From Candidatus Levyibacteriota bacterium (GTDB taxonomy: Bacteria > Patescibacteriota > Microgenomatia > Levybacterales > UBA12049): DNA of 53,270 nt. Both the position numbers and the translations under genes were made by a program. The notes under the pieces were generated by a model. That model saw only the letters and a program-made list of their open reading frames with translations, made no database searches and was not told where the DNA came from. Of this stretch, positions 48,005-53,270 are shown in pieces; position 1 is the first letter of the stretch, and every line of letters begins with the position of its first letter. The stretch lies in assembly GCA_027459745.1 (NCBI GenBank), contig DAIDHL010000008.1, positions 1 through 53,270 of the forward strand. Direction: 5' to 3'.

Positions 48005-49123
48005 ATGAAAAAAATATATATATTTGCTGGAGTTTGTCTAATAACTAGTATCTTCTCTTATGTCTATATGCAATTTAATCCCGCAGCAGCAGCACAAGCG
48101 GCAGATAATATTCTCCGTCCACTTCTGGGTAGTAAAAAAACACTTGCATTGGAAGGAACATATTTCACATTTAACGATCAGATAAATAAACTGGTATATA
48201 CATATAAAAAGCCTAACTCTGATATTTTTACATCACCACTGAGTACAGATATGCTCCCTATCAAAACAGCAAGCAGTGAGGCAATGGATTTAAGTTCGAT
48301 TACTTTGACCAACACTTTCCCCCCGTTGCCAGGTGAGGGTGTTTGGCAACAAATTCCCAGTACCCTTTTTCAAAACATGACTGTTTTAGCCAAAACTTTT
48401 GTTCGCCCTGATCCAACTAGAGATTATGCCATTGTATCTCTGGTGAAAATGGATATGCATAAACTTGGTATTGGCGTCCAGGCTGGCACTTACTATCCAG
48501 GAGGGACACATGGGATATTTGGATTGGGAATTGTTCCCAAAACAATACAACAATCCAACAACCTGGTGGCGGTTTTTAATGGAGGCTTTATGGAGAAAGA
48601 TGGAGAATATGGTATGGTAGTTGGCAATAAAGTATATGTCCCTTTGCGAAAAGATCTGGCAACCCTACTTATGTATACTAACGGCACGGCACAATTTATT
48701 GATTACCAGGGACAAGTACTGGGAAATGATGTCATAGCAGCAAGACAAAATGGAGCATTTCTTGTAAGAGATGGTATTGTTACCCCATTTGTCGAAACCA
48801 GTCAGGATACATGGGGACGAACAACTACTAATTCTATGTATACATGGCGCTCAGGTATTGGGCTAACTAAAGACGGGAATATCATATATGCAGTTGGTAA
48901 TTCATTACTTCCCCAAACTCTAGCCCTGGCATTGCAAAAAGCCGGTGCAGTTGATGCTATGCAGCTTGATATCAATCCTTATTGGGTGCGTTTTATTCTT
49001 TATAACTCACTTGGCAATGGCTTGTATAGTTATTACCCGTTACTAAAAGAGATGCATAATGGTGGATACGCATATCTGCATGGATATAATAAAGATTTTT
49101 TTTACATTTATAAAAAATCTTAG
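48005..49123 (+). CDS. Phosphodiester glycosidase (NAGPA-like) family protein
   Basis: FNGGF, WRSGIG, AMQLDIN. Confidence 0.72.
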   Translation: MKKIYIFAGVCLITSIFSYVYMQFNPAAAAQAADNILRPLLGSKKTLALEGTYFTFNDQINKLVYTYKKPNSDIFTSPLSTDMLPIKTASSEAMDLSSITLTNTFPPLPGEGVWQQIPSTLFQNMTVLAKTFVRPDPTRDYAIVSLVKMDMHKLGIGVQAGTYYPGGTHGIFGLGIVPKTIQQSNNLVAVFNGGFMEKDGEYGMVVGNKVYVPLRKDLATLLMYTNGTAQFIDYQGQVLGNDVIAARQNGAFLVRDGIVTPFVETSQDTWGRTTTNSMYTWRSGIGLTKDGNIIYAVGNSLLPQTLALALQKAGAVDAMQLDINPYWVRFILYNSLGNGLYSYYPLLKEMHNGGYAYLHGYNKDFFYIYKKS

Positions 49124-49250
49124 TTATTATATTAAGTATTTTCCCAGCATTCAGAATTAAAATCTATATACTTTGATTTATCTAAAATCTGAAATTAAAC
49201 TTTTTTGTTTTGAGAGGATTTACTCTTTTCCCAAAATATAAAATGGAGGC

Positions 49251-49802
49251 TTAGTGGTTAGTACTCAAAAGTACCCAATTGTGTGAGACATATGGCTCAG
49301 AACACATATTACGATTAAAACAGCATGGTCTTCTCATTCCCTTATGTAATTTATCAAGCATAACTTCAAGATGTTTTTGGCGAGTTTCTTGTGTCTTTAC
49401 TGCTCTTACCCAACGAACCCAATCCCAGTGGGCTAAGGGGGTTGTGTCATTCCATAGTTGATATGCTTTTGGAGAAGACTCCAGTGCTTTTTTTATATCT
49501 TCTGGTAGTTCAGGTTCTATCCATTCTTTAGTTGATTCCAGTTCAACCTGCACGGTGTCGCCAGCTGACGCGTGAGCTTTACGCAGTAATGATTCGTCTG
49601 GGCGAAACCAATGACTCGGTTTTTTCCCTGGAGTATAATTCCCATCAGGTTCTAGTAATGTTTTAAAAGGTACACCGTTGAGGGTGCCTTTCACCATGGT
49701 CATTCCTCGTGAGGGAAGCATCGCGCTGGCATCTTCTGGTAAGTGCAAAATAGTCCAGTCGTGAATTTTATATAATTTGGTTGAGAAATGGATTTGTGAC
49801 AT
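49251..49802 (-). CDS. DUF1905 plus YdeI/OmpD-associated domain protein
   Basis: LPSRG...V.G.LNG, P.D...AL, W..W...K...TR, RRPCCF. Confidence 0.8.
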   Translation of the reverse strand: MSQIHFSTKLYKIHDWTILHLPEDASAMLPSRGMTMVKGTLNGVPFKTLLEPDGNYTPGKKPSHWFRPDESLLRKAHASAGDTVQVELESTKEWIEPELPEDIKKALESSPKAYQLWNDTTPLAHWDWVRWVRAVKTQETRQKHLEVMLDKLHKGMRRPCCFNRNMCSEPYVSHNWVLLSTNH

Positions 49803-49917
49803 AGGATAATTTCAACTTATTTTCTTATTCTAACAAATATTAAAATTAAAATATATTATTACTTTATTCTTACTGGAGTATGAATATATTGCTGATGGAT
49901 TAAGGATATATTGATGA

Positions 49918-50292
49918 GTGATGCAGGAACAAATCGAAAGAGTATATGATTTTGTATCACAAGAGCAGGATTATTATGCCGTTAAAACGCAAAACGAAGG
50001 TATAGTTAAAATTGCAAAACCTGCTCTCAAAAAATTAGAGCCATATCCATTTAAAAAAAACGGTTTTCATGACAACTGGGCAAAAATAGCGGCTATAGGA
50101 ATATTTATTGGAGGAGTATTAGCTGTTGTTTTTTCACCTCTAATTATTCGGGAGAATATAAGATTATTATCAACACATAGTTTATCTCCATCTGAAAGAG
50201 TACATGCCAAAAATCTAATTGTTATTTCTATTTTCTTTTTTTGGTTGGGACTTTTTTTTCTTGCACTTTTGATAATGCACTTAATTTACTAA
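49918..50292 (+). CDS. Hypothetical 2-TM protein
   Basis: ORF ends 1 nt before the GT2 start. Confidence 0.6.
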   Translation: MMQEQIERVYDFVSQEQDYYAVKTQNEGIVKIAKPALKKLEPYPFKKNGFHDNWAKIAAIGIFIGGVLAVVFSPLIIRENIRLLSTHSLSPSERVHAKNLIVISIFFFWLGLFFLALLIMHLIY

Positions 50293-50293
50293 T

Positions 50294-52537
50294 ATGATTA
50301 CTCAAGCTTTATATCTGTCAACTTTCTGGTTTATTATTAGTTTTATAGCTTTAATGTTGTTTGGTAGAGGAGGCAGGACTACCAGTTATTTTATCAGTCT
50401 GTTTTGGTTTGGCATAATTATTGCCATTAGTAATCACTTCTTTCCCCAACTTATTTATTTGCAAATTGGTGGATTATTAATTGGGGCGGTGCTTTTCATC
50501 TTTCTTCCCGACTGGAATTTTTGGGCTAAGGTTTCATGGGTTACTGTTCTTATGGTATCCTTTACTTATCTCGCCTATTCTTTTGGCATTACTGCTTTTG
50601 CGACTGCTAATGTGGTTGGATTTATACTCGCATCACTATTTTTCTTTGTCGAGGTAACTGCCATCTTTTTATCACTTACCTATGCCTTTGAAGCGTTGGA
50701 TATTTTGTGTAGAGTAAAATGGCACCGCAGAATCAGTGAGTGGAAAATTACTGATTATCAGCCAAAAGTATCTTTGCATATTCCTACATATAATGAACCT
50801 CCTGAGGTAGTCATTAAAACTTTAGAAAATCTTACCCAGATGAACTATAACAATTTTGAGGTTTTGGTAATTGATAATAACACACCGGAGGAAAAGTCTT
50901 GGCGATTAATAGAATCTGCCTGCAAACGTCTTGGACCGCGCTTTAAATTTATACATCTTGGACATTGGCCTGGATATAAATCAGGTGCTTTAAATTTTGC
51001 CCTAACAGCTAGCGCAGCGGACACTGAGTTAATCAGTATCATTGATGCCGATTATAAAGTTGATCATAATTTTTTACGGGAGTTAGTACCCTTTTTTCAA
51101 GATAAAAAAATTGCTTTTGTGCAAACTCCCCAGGATTATCGTGGAAGTGAAACAAATTCATTTTTTAAAGCTGCATATTTAGGGTACAAATATTTTTTTG
51201 CCGTTTCCATGCCTTCTCGTAATGAAAGAAATGCTATTATTTTTGCCGGTACGATGGGACTTTTGAGAAAATCTGCTTTAGAAGAGGTTGGCGGATGGGA
51301 TGAATGGTGCATTACCGAAGATGCAGAGGCGAGTTTACGAATCCTAAAAAAAGGTTATGATTCTATCTACATCGATAAAAGTTATGGACAGGGTTTAATG
51401 CCTTTAACCTTCGATGGATTTAAAAAACAACGTTTTCGTTGGTGTTTTGGAGGAATACAAATATTAAAAAAACACTGGGATTGTTTGATGCCTTGGTCAG
51501 GTTGGTTGGATAAGGAAAATAAACTGACAGCCGCTCAAAGATATTATTATTTGGTAGGTGGTCTACAGTGGTATAACGATTTGCTCAATTTATTTTTCGT
51601 TTTCTTCTTAATACTGGGTGGAGTTTTAAGTTTATTTCCTCAAATACAGGGATTTCGACCCTTTACATTGCCGTTGTTAATTATCCCTGCTATATTTTTA
51701 ATAACGGGTTTATGGAGATTTTTGTGGGTACTGCGTAATGCCTTGGCTCTTAATACTAGTGAAGCGATTGAAGCAATGTTTAATTTTTTTAGTTTGGGAT
51801 GGGCAGTAACTTTGGGTAGTGTTCAAGGACTGATTCAAAAACAAGGTGTATTTTTGCGGACTCCCAAAATCACTTCCAAATTGAAGTTTTTAAGTGCACT
51901 TGGTGCTGCCCAGTCTGAATTATGGATTGGATTAATTTGTTTTTTGGCAGCAGTGGGCCTTATCTTTTTGCGTCAGAATTTATTAATGTTTGCTCTGGGG
52001 GGTATGTTAGTGTGGGAAGGGATGCTGTTTATGTCAGCGCCTGTATTTAGCTTAATAAGTACTTCAGAGTCGAATAAGTATGAAACAGAAGTTATAGGTG
52101 AAGGGGAAGTCAGTGAAAATTACGCCGCACTTTGGATCGTGGTGATAATGGCAATAATTACGGTTGGTTTTTTAGCCCTTAAATTTATTCCTACCAAACC
52201 TTCAGCACCATATAATAAGTTTCAGCCTAAGGAAGTATCAGTACCGGCTGTGGCACCTGCGAGTATATCAGTTACTCCAACTCCCACTCCTAGCCTCACT
52301 CCAACACCCAAGCTGTCACCATCTGTTACGCCATCTATAAGTGTGAGTCCGACTGTGCAAGCTAAAAGTCCCAAAAAATCCCCAACGCCAACCGTTTCTA
52401 AGAACAACTCAAAAAGTAATTCTTCTCCTACGCCTTCAGTAAATCCTTCACAATCTGTTATAACACCAACTATTTCTATCTCCCCTGGCAATGCAAATAT
52501 AACCCCTTCCTCCAGTTCATCAGCAAAAAATAAATGA
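50294..52537 (+). CDS. Processive GT2 glycosyltransferase (cellulose synthase/NdvB-like) with Ser/Pro/Thr tail
   Basis: PTYNEP, KSGALN, DAD, QTPQ, TED, QRFRW; TMs on both sides. Confidence 0.88.
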   Translation: MITQALYLSTFWFIISFIALMLFGRGGRTTSYFISLFWFGIIIAISNHFFPQLIYLQIGGLLIGAVLFIFLPDWNFWAKVSWVTVLMVSFTYLAYSFGITAFATANVVGFILASLFFFVEVTAIFLSLTYAFEALDILCRVKWHRRISEWKITDYQPKVSLHIPTYNEPPEVVIKTLENLTQMNYNNFEVLVIDNNTPEEKSWRLIESACKRLGPRFKFIHLGHWPGYKSGALNFALTASAADTELISIIDADYKVDHNFLRELVPFFQDKKIAFVQTPQDYRGSETNSFFKAAYLGYKYFFAVSMPSRNERNAIIFAGTMGLLRKSALEEVGGWDEWCITEDAEASLRILKKGYDSIYIDKSYGQGLMPLTFDGFKKQRFRWCFGGIQILKKHWDCLMPWSGWLDKENKLTAAQRYYYLVGGLQWYNDLLNLFFVFFLILGGVLSLFPQIQGFRPFTLPLLIIPAIFLITGLWRFLWVLRNALALNTSEAIEAMFNFFSLGWAVTLGSVQGLIQKQGVFLRTPKITSKLKFLSALGAAQSELWIGLICFLAAVGLIFLRQNLLMFALGGMLVWEGMLFMSAPVFSLISTSESNKYETEVIGEGEVSENYAALWIVVIMAIITVGFLALKFIPTKPSAPYNKFQPKEVSVPAVAPASISVTPTPTPSLTPTPKLSPSVTPSISVSPTVQAKSPKKSPTPTVSKNNSKSNSSPTPSVNPSQSVITPTISISPGNANITPSSSSSAKNK

Positions 52538-52649
52538 TTAGTAAGCTAAAAAAGCAAATTATTTAAGTAGTTGTTAAGAAGTTATAAATTCTTTTATTAT
52601 CCACTACTAAGCACTCATATCTTATTGATTTAAATTTTAAAATAAATCA

Positions 52650-53270
52650 TTAATTGATGATCCACCAGCTTAAAGTTATGTCTTTAGTCTGTGGGGATAT
52701 AATCTTTATGATAAATTTACCATTTCCAATTTTGGAGACAGCCGTAGTGACAGGAGTGTCCAGCGGTTCAATAAAGATTTGAGAATTTGGTGAGAGTGAG
52801 CTTGTTGTTACTGTTTCTTCTGTTTTTCCAGCTGGAATAGTTACTTGACCGATTGAGGCATTGGCAGGGTTAGTAGTATCAACATTAAATTTCTGGGCAG
52901 TAACTGAAGCATTAACAATCATATTTCCATTAGTATCTATAGTTATGGCTCCGCCTTCGATATCGATTCCAGCACTAGCTAAACTTTGTAATTTTAGAGG
53001 CTGACCCAGACTGTCAATTGTCCCGTTAAGTCCATCAACTGTTAATAGACCATTAGTAATCTTACCTGTAACTGTCAAATCTGTAAGTGAGGTTCGTCCC
53101 AATACATTCAATTGTCCGGATATAGTCGCATTACCCATATTGTCAACAGTTAGGGAAGCATTACCCAGTTGTGCACTCAAACTGGCAGAGAATTGTGGAA
53201 GAGAAGCAGAAGTTATAAGAGTGTTTAGACTTGCCTCAGAAGATGCTACTTGATTTACTTGAGCGGAGAG
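52650..53270 (-). CDS. C-terminal part of a large Ser/Thr/Gly/Asn-rich surface protein (starts beyond the window)
   Basis: Frame is open from 53270 to the stop at 52650; ends LSWWIIN. Confidence 0.7.
   Translation of the reverse strand, partial: LSAQVNQVASSEASLNTLITSASLPQFSASLSAQLGNASLTVDNMGNATISGQLNVLGRTSLTDLTVTGKITNGLLTVDGLNGTIDSLGQPLKLQSLASAGIDIEGGAITIDTNGNMIVNASVTAQKFNVDTTNPANASIGQVTIPAGKTEETVTTSSLSPNSQIFIEPLDTPVTTAVSKIGNGKFIIKIISPQTKDITLSWWIIN

Noticed and set aside
1450-52491. Remaining short nested or antisense ORFs in the track
   Set aside because: They lie within longer motif-bearing genes and have no independent support.
52240-52520. Short repeats as a tandem array or CRISPR
   Set aside because: Explained by Ser/Pro/Thr codons; I saw no repeat-spacer array or cas genes in the window.

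Overview
AT-rich bacterial window, most consistent with Patescibacteria/CPR (Microgenomates-like). That assignment is inferred from gene content, pilin type, a CCA-less tRNA and leaderless promoters. The window is dominated by an apparently complete ~40.2 kb integrative conjugative element (ICE) inserted at the 3' end of tRNA-Gln(TTG), with attL ~1181-1193 and attR ~41424-41436. The left arm carries a large serine recombinase, an unannotated 56-aa upstream ORF, a KAP NTPase, a VirD4/TrwB-like coupling protein, a Replic_Relax protein and a hairpin cluster. The right arm carries a minimal T4SS (pilin, pilin-VirB6 fusion, PrgI, TraC-like, VirB4, M23), an XRE regulator and a PLD nuclease. Between them is ~25 kb of copper/metal and thiol-redox cargo with four regulators (BlaI+M56, Crp/Fnr, ArsR, CsoR), each with visible candidate operators. 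Main finding: the att site lies inside the integrase gene. When integrated, the enzyme ends in 8 residues read from the tRNA antisense strand. Excision would fuse it in frame to a 46-aa tail lying 40 kb away at attR and couple it to the PLD nuclease gene. The flanks hold a GT4, a GDSL lipase, a DUF1800-DUF1501 fusion, transporters, a GT2 and the end of a surface protein.
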